A stretch of DNA of 64,000 nucleotides from Batkoa obscura (lineage: Eukaryota). Location: positions 372,001 through 436,000 of the forward strand of contig JASVEC010000017.1 in the NCBI GenBank assembly GCA_030770535.1, read 5' to 3'. The first letter of the stretch is position 1, and the number at the start of each line of letters is the position of its first letter. The position numbers and the translations under genes were made by a program. Below are positions 1 to 13,562 of the stretch, piece by piece. The notes below the pieces were generated by a model that was not told the DNA's origin, made no database searches, and saw nothing but the letters and a program-made list of their open reading frames with translations.

Positions 1-18
1 CTAATTTATTTTTAATAG

Positions 19-644
19 TTGTATTTATTGTATGATACCTATGATAACTCAATCTGGTTGTATTGTTGGTTTAATCTATGAACAAATTCATGGGGAAATA
101 CCTCATTCCTTTTTTGTATGGGATACTATAGCTACACGTAAATTTCAATTAATATATATTATAATTATATTAAAATATTAATTTTTAACTTTTAGATTTA
201 TCAGGTATCTTAAATTTAATGGGTTTTTTATTTGATCCTGCATTTAAAAATTCCTTATTACATATACGTTATCAATTATATCAAAAATATAAAAATCAAA
301 CATTAAATCAAAGTATCGAGAAAAGACAAAGTAATAATGCGTTTGAAATTATGGCATTGAAAGAATCTAAATGTAAAGAAAGAATTATTGATAAAATCTT
401 TGTTTTTTTATTATTACGTGGGGATTTTAAAATTTGTCCAAATAATAGGAATTCAAATCATTCTCATAATCATAATAATCAAGTTCAACAAATTTTAAAT
501 GATATAAGAAGAGATGTTCATATTAATAATAGTAATGAAGATATTAATGAAATTGAAGAGGAAAATAGTATTCAACCAATTAATTGTAATTTGGATAAAA
601 CTAAAGAAAAAAGTCAGTATTTTAATTTAGTTAAGGGTTTATAA
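19..644 (+). CDS. 3' part of a 7TM GPCR-like (cAMP-receptor/Git3-like) gene; exons 19-137 and 196-644, 5' end outside the window
   Basis: Spliced translation CIYCMIPMITQSGCIVGLIYEQIHGEIPHSFFVWDTIATH|LSGILNLMGFLFDPAFKNSL aligns with the last helices of the paralog at 8541-9929; GT-AG intron 138-195; acceptor AG at 17-18. Confidence 0.8.
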
Positions 645-1744
645 TATCATATTGTTGCCTCAATTTTCAATTTTTTTTTCCATATCTTCTTTTCTTTTTT
701 TAAATAAAATAGTGAGATCCTAAAAAGGTTGAAAATTTAATATTTAAAAACAAAATATATCTCTACTCCTTGAATTTTAAAACTACAAAAAGTTACATAA
801 TATCAGTGGTAAAATGATACTTTTGTACTACTGCTTTTTTTATTTTGTTTTATATAATAAGTTTTAAAGTTATTAATAAGATGAATCACCTTTAACATAC
901 CTAATAAAAATTAACACGTTTATCTAAAATAAACTTTTTGATAAGTTTATAATATCTTTCTTTTAAAAAAGGTACTACAGTTTATCTTTATTAAGATCCT
1001 CTTTTTCCACTTTACTTTACTAATAATTTATTACCTAAAAAGATCAGTTCTAAACTTTCAATAATATTATAAATATAGGTTCATATAACATTTGCTCCAT
1101 TAATTTTCATAATCAAATTTCAACTTATTCAACTTAAACTCTATTATTGATGATCATCCAACTTAATTTTACTCTATAAATTTACTATGTGCTCTTTAAC
1201 GCTATATTTATGGTTTTACATCTTATATATTTTTCTTTTTATTACTTTTACTTTAATTAGTTGCTTTTTCATTAGCTTTTATTTCCTTATTAGACATCTT
1301 CTTTAATAAAAATCTTGTATTATTTCTTTTATATTATAAAATTTACACAAAAGCTTTACCTTCACTCAATTTAATTTATATTAAATTCATCACTCCTCTT
1401 CAAGCTTATTGTTCTTTCATTTCATTTTTTTAAATCTATCAAAGATACGAAAGGGTTGGTCCCTTTCTCTAAACTCATTGTAAAATTTCTTAGGATGATA
1501 AAATTTATAAAATTCGGTGGAGTCTATAATATAAAATTTTACTTTAGTTAATAGAGCACAAGTGCTTATCTTTTTTAAGAGAAAAAAGTATACAAAGTTA
1601 GATATAAAGATATTATTTAATAAACTGTACAAGATATAGTAATAGCAATAAAATTTATGAATTTTATTCAGTTAAATTCAACTTTGACTAATATATATCA
1701 AGTTATATATATATATATATAATACAATTTATTTTATATTTATA

Positions 1745-2500
1745 ATATTAACAACAAATGGATTATTGTTTGGATCTCAATCTAGTAAATATTTCAAAAC
1801 TTTTGAAAATTTTTAGCTAATATTAATATATAAAAAGTCACATTCATAGGAGAAATAGCCTTACAAATAATTAGATTAGAATGATCACTACAGCAAATAT
1901 TAGGGTGCCAATCAACATATGGATAAAGTGGGATAATATCTAGATAACACACTTTATTTGTTATTGCTTTAAATGTGTTCAATAAACCAGTTCTAGCTAA
2001 TAATAAAGGGTCGATTACATACCTTAAATATAAGTTTGAATTTTGTTATTAATTTTTTATAATCTTCAATATAATCTTCAATATAATCTTCATCTAAAAT
2101 TAAGTTTAGTATTTTTATGATCGCCAATAGTTAACAATATGTCTCCAACTTTTTGAATTGCTTCTTTTATAATGAAATTATTATTAAATAATAACTTTTG
2201 AAAGATTAGTTTAATTGTCACATTAGAGTGTACTTCTATAGTTTTTATTTCAACTTTGTAATTGATATTGCCCAATATTTCATCTGACCTGACTAAATCT
2301 AACATTGTTAAATTGTTAAATAGTGTTGCTACTACTTTATATTTTGATTGAATTAGTAAATTTCTCAAACAAAAAAATACATCCCCATATGAAGAGTAAA
2401 CTCTACAATTAACCACTTTTTCTATGACTCCAATCACCATTTAAAACTTTATCAGAGCACTGAACAAGGGTAAGTAAAATAAATTATTTTTTGAAATTAT
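1745..2500 (-). pseudogene. Decayed DJ-1/PfpI family copy
   Basis: Colinear with 19170-19970 (KYKV..LF...MLDLV, KAITNK..Y..I.PLYP.V.W) but broken by frameshifts and deletions; MITE fragment at ~2363-2387; upstream flank matches ~19980-20200; ends approximate. Confidence 0.85.
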
Positions 2501-2726
2501 TTTTTAATTAAAGTTAAGGACAAAAACTTAATGCTTATAAATTTTTATCTCTATTGATAATTATTGTATTATTTCTTATATCTGTACCTTTTTATCCACT
2601 GCATTTTACGATTTATTCAATTTATCCTAATTCTTTCATTATCACTATACTATTTATCATTTCTTACTATATAATCTATTAAAGATTTATCATAATATAA
2701 TTAATCGCCATAAGTAGATTATATAT

Positions 2727-2825
2727 GGAGGTGTTTTTTTTTACTTCATTACTTTTTCCACCTTTTAAGCGCTATTTGAGTGGAAAGATTGTTAGTAGAA
2801 TTCTTAAATACAGAAATACATCCCC
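2727..2825 (-). mobile_element. ~98-bp MITE
   Basis: Matches family consensus; ATAT TSD. Confidence 0.85.
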
Positions 2826-2926
2826 ATATAAAAGATATATATATTTTCATTTATTTAAGTTATAAAGATATAGTGCTTTAGTTTGATTACAATATAATTT
2901 CAAAGTTATAATAACGATTAAATAAC

Positions 2927-2927
<1 letters not shown>

Positions 2928-2991
<64 letters not shown>

Positions 2992-3017
2992 TAATAATAT
3001 TAATAATAATAACAATA
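2928..3017. repeat. (TAA)n microsatellite
   Basis: About 20 perfect TAA units plus a degenerate tail, just 3' of the ADH copy. Confidence 0.95.
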
Positions 3018-3032
3018 ATGTTTATTTAAAAT

Positions 3033-4091
3033 TTAATTGTTAAGTACAACTCTATATCTAACTTTACCGTTACGTACTAGCTGCACACCTTCATTACATT
3101 TATCCATAGGATAATTTTCAATCCAAGGGTAAACCTTATGTTTAGCAGCAAAATCTAGCATTTTACGAATTTCACAAGGGGATCCAATAGAAGAACCGCC
3201 GATGAAAATATTTTTCATAATCAATGTAAATGGTTTAAGTGTAATATTGGATTCTGGTACTGCTAATGATATAATTCTACCATCAATATCCATCCAATTG
3301 GCAAATTGATCCCATTGAGAGTCGCTAGCATTGCTTGTAACAATGAGGTAATTGAGTGTATCGTTAATTTTATTAGATTCTTCTTGATTACTATAACCAA
3401 TAAAATGTTTCGCTCCCATCTTTTTAGCATCTTCTTCTTTAGAACGAGAATGGGATAAAGCGTATACTTCACATCCTATAGCATTAGCAAATTGAATAGC
3501 TAAATGGCCTAATCCACCAATTCCAATAACCCCAACTTTATCGCCTGGTTTAAACCCATTTTGAAGCATTGGAGTAAACACAGTAGCACCAGCGCACAAC
3601 AATGGAGCGGCATAATCGGAGGGAATGCTTTCTGGAATAAGGAAGCAAAAATCTTCCTGAACATGAATTGCTTCTGCATAACCACCATAGGTTTTAGCAT
3701 TATCAATTGGTCTTTTTGAATTATATGTTTGTCCCATTTCTTTACAATACACCTCTCTTTGACGCCTACAAGCAAAGCAATCTTCTCTCATACATGCAGA
3801 GCATTGGGCCCCTACCCCAACTCTATCTCCTATTTTAAGTTTTTGTACTCTATCACCTACTGCAACAATTTCACCTACAATTTCATGCCCAGCAATCACT
3901 GGATAATCCGTTGGTCCCCATCCGCTATCCATAGTATGGATATCTGAACCACAGATACCACAATGACTTATCTTGATTTCTACATCATTAGGTTAAAGTG
4001 GAGCAGCATCATAAGTAAATTTAACTAATTTTTCATCTTTCCCATGGCAGGCATAACCATTGATTTTACTGTATTTTGCTGTACTTGGCAT
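3033..4091 (-). pseudogene. Zn-dependent NADP alcohol dehydrogenase (CAD/Adh6-like) with premature TAA at codon 33
   Basis: Same 1059-nt length as 27412-28470; GHE, GxGGxG and structural Zn Cys motifs present; TAA at 3995-3993 where paralogs have CAA/CAG. Confidence 0.8.
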
Positions 4092-5760
4092 TTTTGTTTT
4101 TTACAACGTTTTGTTGTTTATTTTTTTATTTATACTTGGTTACTGTTATGTTTAAATATTGTTTGTCATTTGGTTGTATCATTCATATTGGGTACAGTTA
4201 TGCGTTTCAAGTAAACCTATCATGAATAATACAGCATAATACTTGGAAATTATAGAGATCTATTAAATTATTTAAGACTTCATTTTGTAGTTTGTCTTGC
4301 TTTGGTACTTGGTATTTTTCTATTTTAATTCCTCCACTTGTATAACTTCCTTTAATTCTTTATTCTATATTTCATAGAATGTTAACTGAAAAATTTAACA
4401 AGTTATTTGAATATTTTTAATATCTATAATGAAGATAAACAAAATTTTAAAGTTGTAGTTAAAATTATAATAATTCTTGTTACAAGTTTTAGTATCATTT
4501 ACTTTTGCTTTCGATTATTATTAAATATATTGGTGGTCTTTTATTAAATTGTCCAGTCTTTTTATTAGAAGCTTGACTAAAAAAAGGAGGGGTATAACTA
4601 GAAAAATATGGTAATTCAAAAATTAGTATTAGTTTGGTCTATTACAGTTGCTGCAGCTTTTTTACGACCTATTTAACAGCATATTTAAGAAAAAAAGTTG
4701 TGTAAAATTTGGCAAAGATATATGAAATAGGATATAAAAAATCGGTTATATGAATAGTTGATTATAAAAATTACCACTAAAAAAAGTTGCAAAAGAGTTA
4801 CAACAGCTCTATCTTTCTCTTTGATTTTAATCCATGTGCTTGACTTGAATATGTGTCAAAATTCACTATTTTGTTAGAAGTTTACTGAATTGTGTAGCAT
4901 AAAAATCATAGTTTATTAATTTTGTTTCATTTATTATTATGGTTTTTTGTAAAATGTTTTAATGAATGCATAATTAATAGTAATATATGGCTTTTATAAT
5001 AATAGAACGACTTTGGTAGTATATAGTTTTATCTCGTGTTTTATAAGGTTATTATTTTTGGAATTTTTAATTTATGCAAATTTAAATATTATCAAATAAT
5101 AGCCTTAATAAGGATAATGTTTTTTATAATACCAAATATCGTTTTCAATCTTTAAAAGCTGCAAAGTTTAATTGTACATTGATAACCAAAAAGACTGGAA
5201 TAAGTTTTATAGAGTTGGACTGATGTAATTCTGACTTTGTGTAGAGCTTGGCTTTCCATTTAAAATTATAATGCTGGAATGTTTTTATTAAAGCTCAACT
5301 ACAGTTGATTTGGATTAAGTGTGCATTACGTAACATTACTTTTTTGTAATTTGCACTTGGATGATTGTGTAAAAGAAAAAAAGTGAAGTTGCTGGCTACA
5401 ACAGTAGTATATATTTTGAGTTTTCTCAATTAAAGTTGCTTGTCTAAAAAAGGTAAATTGTTACTATTGGGATTACAGTATAGGTCGGTAGTTTTATGCT
5501 GGGTATTAGTTCATATAATTTGATCGTTTCATAATTTAAATGCTGCTACGTAACTAATAAAACCATAACAGTCTAGTGACATTTAGTTTATGAATCAATA
5601 TTTAGCATAAAATCCCAAGCTGTATTTTCACATCATGCTTATTTCAAAAAAATTGAACAAATCAAAATTTTCAATAATTATTCAAAGTAAACAGACTGAA
5701 AATTTGTAAGAAAAATCATTATAATCTTATCCATAACTGCTTTAATTTATGCCATAATAT

Positions 5761-5857
5761 GGAGGTGCTTTTTTTGGCTTCATCACTTTCCATCTTTTAA
5801 GCGTTAGTTGAACGGAAAACTTGTTAGTGAAATTCTTAACCACAAAAATACATCCCC
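5761..5857 (-). mobile_element. ~98-bp MITE
   Basis: Family consensus; ATAT TSD. Confidence 0.85.
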
Positions 5858-6770
5858 ATATTGCACTTTGTTTACTTTCCTTTGAATGATTATTGAAAAA
5901 GGTCAGTTAAGTTTATTCAAGTTTTTCTTGAAATAAGTGTGATGTATTAAAGCTACTATATATACTCCTATCATTCTATATTTGCCCAAAGAATTTCTAG
6001 AATTTATAAACTTACTATTGGTACTAAATAGCCAAAATATGTTTATTATTATAACTTGATCTAGATATTTAGCATCCAGTGTTAGATATACAGACTGATT
6101 TGCTATCATAGTTTATTAAATACTTCCGATTTACTAAATTTCAAACATTGTATAAATGCTATAATAAAGAAATAAGTATTTATTATACTAAATAAAGATA
6201 GATTGTTTTTACTAGAACAGGTTGTAGTTAGATGTTTTTTGTTGTTTTTAATTCGTAGCGGATTTTTTCAGTATCAAATTAAGGATTTTAAGAAAAACTA
6301 CACTCATTAAATTTATATTAAAAAATTCACTACAAATTAAAAACAACAAAGGACCTCTAACTGCAGCTTGCATTAGAACTGACAATTGATACTTAAAATT
6401 AATGGTCTATTTTATTTATGCTTAATATATTTTTATACTTTATAAGCATAATATGCAACCATTTCCTCACTCGAACTCACTATTTTTCATACTATTTTAA
6501 AGGGATAAGATCTCGAAGTATTTTATTTCTGATAATAAATTCCAAAGGAATATAAAAACAGAGGAGAGAGGATGGCTTTCAAAATTAAAACGCGTATGAG
6601 CCAGGTATTCAAATTTGATTTTACTTTCTTTTAATTTGAAGAGGTTATGAAGTTTATCATTCACTTTGTATTATTTGATAATACAGTTAGTAGTATTATA
6701 AATAGTGGTATAACCAGGGGCATAAATAATATATTTTAAAAAAATCAAATCAATTCGTGAAATAACATAA

Positions 6771-6867
6771 GGGGTGTTTTTTTGATTTCATCACTTTTTC
6801 CATCTTTTAAGCGCTATTTAAGTGGAAAAATTGATAGTAAAATTCTTAAACAAAAAAATACATCCTC
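6771..6867 (-). mobile_element. ~98-bp MITE
   Basis: Family consensus. Confidence 0.85.
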
Positions 6868-7372
6868 ATAATTAATAATTGACTATTTGAATTAAACTTT
6901 TAGTATTCTGATATTCACATAAATGCACCAGAATTATGACAATATTCTTTTCCGCTTTATAATTTAAGATTAAAATAGAAGAATATTTTAACTATTCATA
7001 TATCATAGGTACTTTCATTGTACTTTAAAAACTAGCTAAAAAACGTAAATATTTTATTTTATATATCGAATGCTTTATCTTTATCATTTATCTTTTTCAC
7101 TTACCAGATTTTTTTTAAAGCTAGTTTATAATGATTTAATAATAAAGGGGCTCCTTACAATAAGTTTCAAGTGAATAAATCTGCCTCAAATACTGTATTA
7201 TATCCTCTGTTATTATTTGCAAATATATTTAAAATTGCTATATTTATATCAACTAATATTACTAGATAAATAAGTTATAATATTTAATTGATATTGACTA
7301 AATAATAGATTGAAAAATGAAATCGAAATTTAACTATTTATGCTTTGATGAAATATCTATTGTTTAATATAT

Positions 7373-7471
7373 GGGGATGTTTTTTTTGGTTTTATTACTT
7401 TTTCCATTTTTTAAGCACTATTTGAGTGGAAAGATTGTTAATAAAATTCTTAAACGAAAAAATACATCCCC
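7373..7471 (-). mobile_element. ~98-bp MITE
   Basis: Family consensus; ATAT TSD. Confidence 0.85.
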
Positions 7472-8540
7472 ATATGCTTTTAATATTTTTGTTGAACTTG
7501 AGTAGGTAATTTTTTTTAAAAACATTAGTTTTATCTTTAAATAAAAAAAGATATGCCCATATACTGATTTGGTGCGTTTTTGATATTATTGTTGCTTTGT
7601 AGTAAAGTTTTGTTAATGATTTTTCCACTCAATCAGAATCAATAAATGAAAAAAGAATTGATATCAAAAAAACATCTCCATGTTGAAATGTCTCCTTTCT
7701 TCGGTACTGTTTACTTTTCAGCATAAAAGTCAACCATATTGAATGGTTAGATCTAAGCAAAAGAACGCTAATGTAACTTTAGATAATAATGAAATTAGCA
7801 TTAAAAGGCACTTTAAGCTATTGAAAGTACCAATATGCTTTTAAAAAATTTAAAAATCAGCTCGAAATGAAATTCAACTTTCCTAATATAGTTGTTACAA
7901 CTTAATACTTCCACTTGTTTAACTAATACAGTAGCTATATGCATAAATTAAAGTAGTCTCGCCACTATTTTATTAAATCTCGGTTCAATTTAAATTAGAT
8001 AGTGGCTAAACTCGGCATTTGTTCTTAACTGATGTATACACGAAATATTATATTTAAAGGGGTTTACGGTTGTTGTGTTATATTTTTTTATATACTTTGT
8101 TTTTAAATAATTTAAGTGCATATTAGCATTTATTTTAGCTATGATTTTCAATGAAAAGATTAAGCCTCAAAAAAAGCCATGAGATGAGTGATAACCGATC
8201 ATCTATATTTTATTGGTTTTTTTCTAATAGAACGACGAATCAAATAAAGAAAAATGAGGGGATCTTTGTTCTCTAAGTTAAGCTAGAAATATTTCATGCT
8301 AGTTTCAATTATTACTAAATCTCTATATTTGTAATAAAGAATCAAAATTGCTTCAACAAATGAACTATATTTAGTGAGTTTAGAATAAAAAAGTTAGAAG
8401 TGGATGAAAGAATAAGGGTGGTTTCGATAAATGTATGTGATATACAAGCATATGTCTCAGTAGATAAACTATATATAAGAATACTAAACCTGTCTCTTCT
8501 TTATTTAATTAATTTTTTATTAAAAAGTAAACCAACTAAA

Positions 8541-9929
8541 ATGGATCCAATTTTAGTTGATTTAGAAGCAGCCGAAAATCACCTAAAGTTAACCAACGAT
8601 ATCTTCGCTGTATTTTCTATTTCATCAGCTGTAACTGTATTAGTTATATTATCTTTTATAAGTACTACTTTATATATATATATTAAAATAAGTTTCTAAT
8701 CTTATGCAGGTCTATATGATAGCAAATTAGTTAATCGAGTCTCATTAAAATTATGTTCAGCTATAGCAGTAGTTGATATATTTCGTACAATATCGTTTAC
8801 ATTTTATATCTACATAAAAGAAGAAGGGCTATTTTGTAAGATCAATGGAGGATTTATCAATTTTATAATCTTATGCCATATGTTATTAAGTGTAGGAATT
8901 GCTTTAAACTTACAATTACTATTTTTAAATCGAAAAATATACAAAGATTGGTGGCAATGGTTCTATTGGTTCTTAGGCTTTGGAGTACCAGCTATATTAA
9001 CATTGATAGTGGGGGCTCTAGGTAGCTTTGGTTTAGATCCTGTATCCGGAGTTTGTTTTTTTAAAACTATTCATACTACCGATGTATTACCACATGTTTA
9101 CTTATGGATTGGTTTCATGTTCCCCACTATCTTTGGCTGTACTTATTGTTTATCTGTTGCTGTGTTAACTATATTAAGTTTAAAAGATAGTAAAAGCTTA
9201 CTGTTTCGATTAAAAATGAAATCGAATAGTCGCAGCAACCCAGACAAGTTAAATTCTTCAACATCTGAAGATGATGGTGTTAATGCCAAATCAACAAAGT
9301 TAACTATCAACGAGGATACCCTATCCTTATTAATAAGAAGGATTACTATTTACTGTGTAATACCAACGGTCACTCAATTTGGCTGTACTTTAGCTATATT
9401 TTATGGTGAAGTTCATGGAGAAATACCATTTTGGATGTATTATCTTGATGTTGTAGCCACTCATTTATCAGGGATATTAAGTTTAGTTGGATTTTTATAT
9501 GACCCAGCATTGAAAAACTCGTTAAACTTTATCAAATTAGATTTATTAAACTATAAAGTGAACAGTGCTTCGTACGACAACGAATTCAATTTTAACACAC
9601 ATCATCATCCTTGGATCTGTGTTATATTCCGCAAAATATTATTAAGAAGTTCGAACAATACATCCAATACTCTCAGTTACAGTAATAATACACCAATTCA
9701 AAACATTATAGTTGATGTCAAAGAGATTACAGATAATGAGAAATTTCCAAATAATGATAACAATATAAATATGAAAGATTTAAGCCAGAGAAGCCAGCAT
9801 ACCATTGATAGCTATGATACCAACAATACTGGCGCTAATTTGGTCAAAGCTGATAGTAATGATACTAACAAAAACAGTAAAGCTAAGCGTAAAGATAAAA
9901 GTTATTTCCGTGCAGTTGCTGGGTTGTAG
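8541..9929 (+). CDS. 7TM GPCR-like protein (cAMP-receptor/Git3-like); exons 8541-8661, 8710-9929
   Basis: 48-nt GT-AG intron joins the two ORFs in frame; about seven hydrophobic segments; LVNRVSLKL, ALNLQLLF, FG.D...G.CF and GFLYDPAL motifs typical of early-diverging fungal GPCRs. Confidence 0.8.
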
Positions 9930-10500
9930 GCTTAAAGTTCAATCTACTTTACATATCAATTTTACTCGATTGGAACTATTTAACTAATTTAAATAAAATA
10001 AAAAAACCTAATAAGCTTACTTTTGTATCCCTTTTTATATATCATATGTGAGACATTAAATGACTTGTATTAATAACATTTAATAGATAAAGAATATTTT
10101 ACCAACAATTTGCGATGAGCGGATTACTTATGTAAAAAAGTTAATCTTTGATTAGAACTTATAGTATTTCCAGAAAATTTAGCGTAGCTGTTTATTTTTC
10201 TAGCAAAGGCTTTGTTTTAAACAAGCGTAACATTATTTTTTAAAAATTTTAGAGGAGTTAGATCCCATGAGGTTTGTTACTAGAGGTGAGTAAAAGTATA
10301 CAAAAAACTGAATGGTAAGTAGAATAGGTGATAGCAGAGGAAGGGATATGGAAGAGAAGTATTTTGGAAAAACTGGGAAATTGACCAATTCGATTTTCAC
10401 CTGCTTTAGAATTAAGTAGGATTAATTTCACAGATTCAAATTCTGATTTGTACAACGCTACCTGAGAGTGGAAGTGTGTAGAGATAACAAAATAATAAAT

Positions 10501-10598
10501 AGTGATGTTTTTTTTGGTTTCATACCTTTTTCTATTTTTTAAGCACATTCAAGTGGAAAGATTGTTAATAAAATTCTTGAACAAAAAAATACATCCTC
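10501..10598 (-). mobile_element. ~98-bp MITE
   Basis: Family consensus; AAAT TSD. Confidence 0.85.
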
Positions 10599-10870
10599 AA
10601 ATTATTTTGATCTGTTAATAAAATTATAAAAACTATCAATTTTTAACTTATTTTAATTTTTCTGATAAAACAAGCGTAAATTTCAATAGGCATAAATAAT
10701 AGTCATATAATTTACTGTTATAATATTTTTAACTTTCTAACACTTAAGCCAATATCTATTAAAAATTTTATTCTTACAAAATGGGTTATAAATAAATATT
10801 ATCTTAATTGTCTTATTATAAAATAAAACGTGAATTTAAGTTTTTTATTTATATTTTTTATTTAGTATTT

Positions 10871-10967
10871 GGGGATGTATTTTTGTGTTTAAGAATTTTA
10901 TTAACAATCTTTCCACCCAATTAGTGCTTAAAAAATGGAAAAAGGTATGAAACCAAAAAACATCACC
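10871..10967 (+). mobile_element. ~98-bp MITE
   Basis: Family consensus; ATTT TSD. Confidence 0.85.
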
Positions 10968-11244
10968 ATTTATTTTAAATTTTATCAAATCAATAAAATA
11001 TAACTTTTAGTGAATGTTTTAAATAAACTGAGTTTATACAAAATAATCCTAAAATTCAATTTTTTTATAATATCAAAAATTAGCTATATTATCTAAATAA
11101 AGCTAAATATAAAAATTTTAATATTGTTTATTTTATTTATTAAAATAATATAACTGAGTCGGTAATTTGAAATTTAGCTTTCAAAGCCTAGCTACAGCTG
11201 TTACAACTCTATTGCAACTTAATTGACTATTAATTCAAGAATAT

Positions 11245-11343
11245 GGGGATGTATTTTTTTGTTTAAGAATTTTACTAACAATCTTTCCACTCAAATAGCG
11301 CTTAAAAAATGGAAAAAATAATGAAACCAAAAAAAACACCCCC
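11245..11343 (+). mobile_element. ~98-bp MITE (near-consensus copy)
   Basis: GGGGATGT...ACACCCCC; ATAT TSD. Confidence 0.9.
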
Positions 11344-12992
11344 ATATAATTTTGCTAAAATCAGGTTATGATCTGAAGATTAACATTAAAAAAACGAAAC
11401 AGCAAATAAATGACTCTAAAAATTACTGCAGATTAGGTTGCAATGGGGTTGGAGGAGCTGGATTATTGTTCTTGGCGTTGTCTGGATTATCTATACGGCT
11501 TCCAATAAGTTTTATTAAAAAATGGTTCCATTCCATCTATAGTATTGAGAATAGATAAGGAACATCGGGAACAATCTTTGAAGAATTCACATATATCCAA
11601 CGCCATACTAAACTCTAACAAGAGTAAGTATGGTGATTTTCAGACGTTAAACCGGGAGAAAGTGAATTAGTTCATGAACTTTCAGTTTAACTTCGACTGG
11701 TGTTCCACTTTTCGCCCCCTATTTCCTTCACTATTTTATAAACTTGTTTTAAATAAGTAGACCTTCCGTATGGAAAGTAATCAAAAAGAATATTTATTTA
11801 TCTCAAAGTTTAAAATTATAAATAAAACCAGGCTGATCTTCTCTATTATACTGACAATTAACCTTTCTTGATCAAAAAGCCTTTATTTTCCAACTACATC
11901 CTAAAAAAATGTTTCGGATTTTTAATCTGGATCATATCAGTTGGAAGTCTGATTTCTCGATTTTCCCCCTTGAATTTTTTTATTTAAATGGGTTATTGTT
12001 TTTTTCATAAAAAACATATTAAACCCAAAGGAAATATGATTGTTTTAAACATAATTATTATTATTAATTATCAAAGTTAATAGCTTTATTTATTAACGTG
12101 CTATCAGAAAAGAATAGCTTTGTTATTAGAAACTATTATTATCTTTTTATCTTTTTAAAGCTTTATTGATAATTAGATCGTTATCGGAACTTCTACTAAG
12201 CCCTAATACGAGGTTGATAAGTATATAAATATGTTAAGTTATCACTTTTATTTCAAGAAGAAAAGGGATATCTTATCAAAATTAAGAGCCGAGTTGTAGT
12301 ATAAGATAAGTTTAATCAATTTAATAACAATTAAGCTCATAAACTCAATTTAGTGAATTTTTTGCATAAAGAATAATTTTTAATCTTGGAATTAAAACAA
12401 CTGCGAATAACACTTATTAAATTTTGTGGTTTATTGATAATAGAAATTAATTTAATGAGATTGCAATTTTTCATTGAATATATTTAAATTGGTGCTATAA
12501 ATAAAACCATACTATTTTAGTTTATTGTTACTATTATTAAACTGAAATATAATATTTCAAAAAAGCAACGATGTTGATAGGTGGAATAGGCTATAAAAAC
12601 AAATAAATAAATAATAGCAAATTGATAATAGATAAATAGATAATAATGATAATATTGATTATTGTTGTAACCCATTTATTTTAATATTACTTAAACTCTA
12701 TTTTTAACAAATTATCTAAATGGATGATATCATATTCGAAAGCAGCTTTAAATTTCAACCTACAAAATTATGGCTTATTTTATTGGAAGATAAGAAACTT
12801 TGGGGAAGGAGGATAGCTATTAGGCTCAAACTAAAGTTTTATTAAGAAAATAGATATCAACTCAGCCCCTGAAAAAAGATAAAAAATAACGATTAGTAAT
12901 AAGTAGAATAATAAAGTATATAAGTAGTGATAAATCAAATAAGAGTATAACTAAATTTTTATTTCAATCAAAAATAAATAAGTAAATTGATA

Positions 12993-13562
12993 ATGCAGTT
13001 AGAGATAGACGCCAACTCTCAATTGTTGCCTAGATATAGTGCTTTACCTATAGCTGGAGATGTAAGCTTAAGTCCAAGTGGATATATTCTAAGTAAAAAG
13101 ATACAGGATGGAAGTTACGTGGTATTAAACATAAGGAATCAATATTTTCATACTATATATACACTCAACTTTATGAGTGGGGAACCAATCATCTTAATAG
13201 ACCATAATAGTTTCGAAAGTATGGAACTGAAATATCAAACAAAACTTTATAAAAAAATTATCCGATTAAAGTTAAACAAAGGGTCGAATGAAGAGATGGA
13301 AGTGAGTATAAGGCTGCCAAATATGTTCAAATCAAATTGCAAAATTCGATTTTTGAATCATGATGCTACTTATTATTGGACACCGAGGTCCATCTCAAGG
13401 TGGTATTTGACTGCAAAGGGAAGTGAAAATTGGTTAGCTACGTATCAAGATGATAAAAAATGTCAAACATTTGGTAAAATTGAATTACTGGAAAGTATTC
13501 CTAATTATCATCATGCTTTGTTAGCCAGTATTATGGCTTTAGTTCGATTTAAATCTATTTAA
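12993..13562 (+). CDS. Hypothetical 189-aa protein (possibly tubby-C/LURP/DUF6593-like beta-barrel)
   Basis: Long ORF with TATA-like sequence upstream; beta-strand pattern with Y.W....W.L....LA.Y and a C-terminal hydrophobic helix; family assignment tentative. Confidence 0.55.
   Translation: MQLEIDANSQLLPRYSALPIAGDVSLSPSGYILSKKIQDGSYVVLNIRNQYFHTIYTLNFMSGEPIILIDHNSFESMELKYQTKLYKKIIRLKLNKGSNEEMEVSIRLPNMFKSNCKIRFLNHDATYYWTPRSISRWYLTAKGSENWLATYQDDKKCQTFGKIELLESIPNYHHALLASIMALVRFKSI

Noticed and set aside
1000..1650. ORF 1417-1632 and flanks as a gag/retroelement remnant
   Set aside because: No convincing motif; too degraded to call
3263..3947. Overlapping or antisense ORFs in the ADH, MATE, kelch and transposase genes
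   Set aside because: Shadow frames of real genes
3993..3995. TAA read as Gln (alternative genetic code)
   Set aside because: TAA ends several intact genes here and no other gene has an in-frame TAA
8400..8540. GTG-started N-terminal extension of the GPCR
   Set aside because: Eukaryotic gene; ATG 8541 follows a TATA-like sequence and an A-rich context
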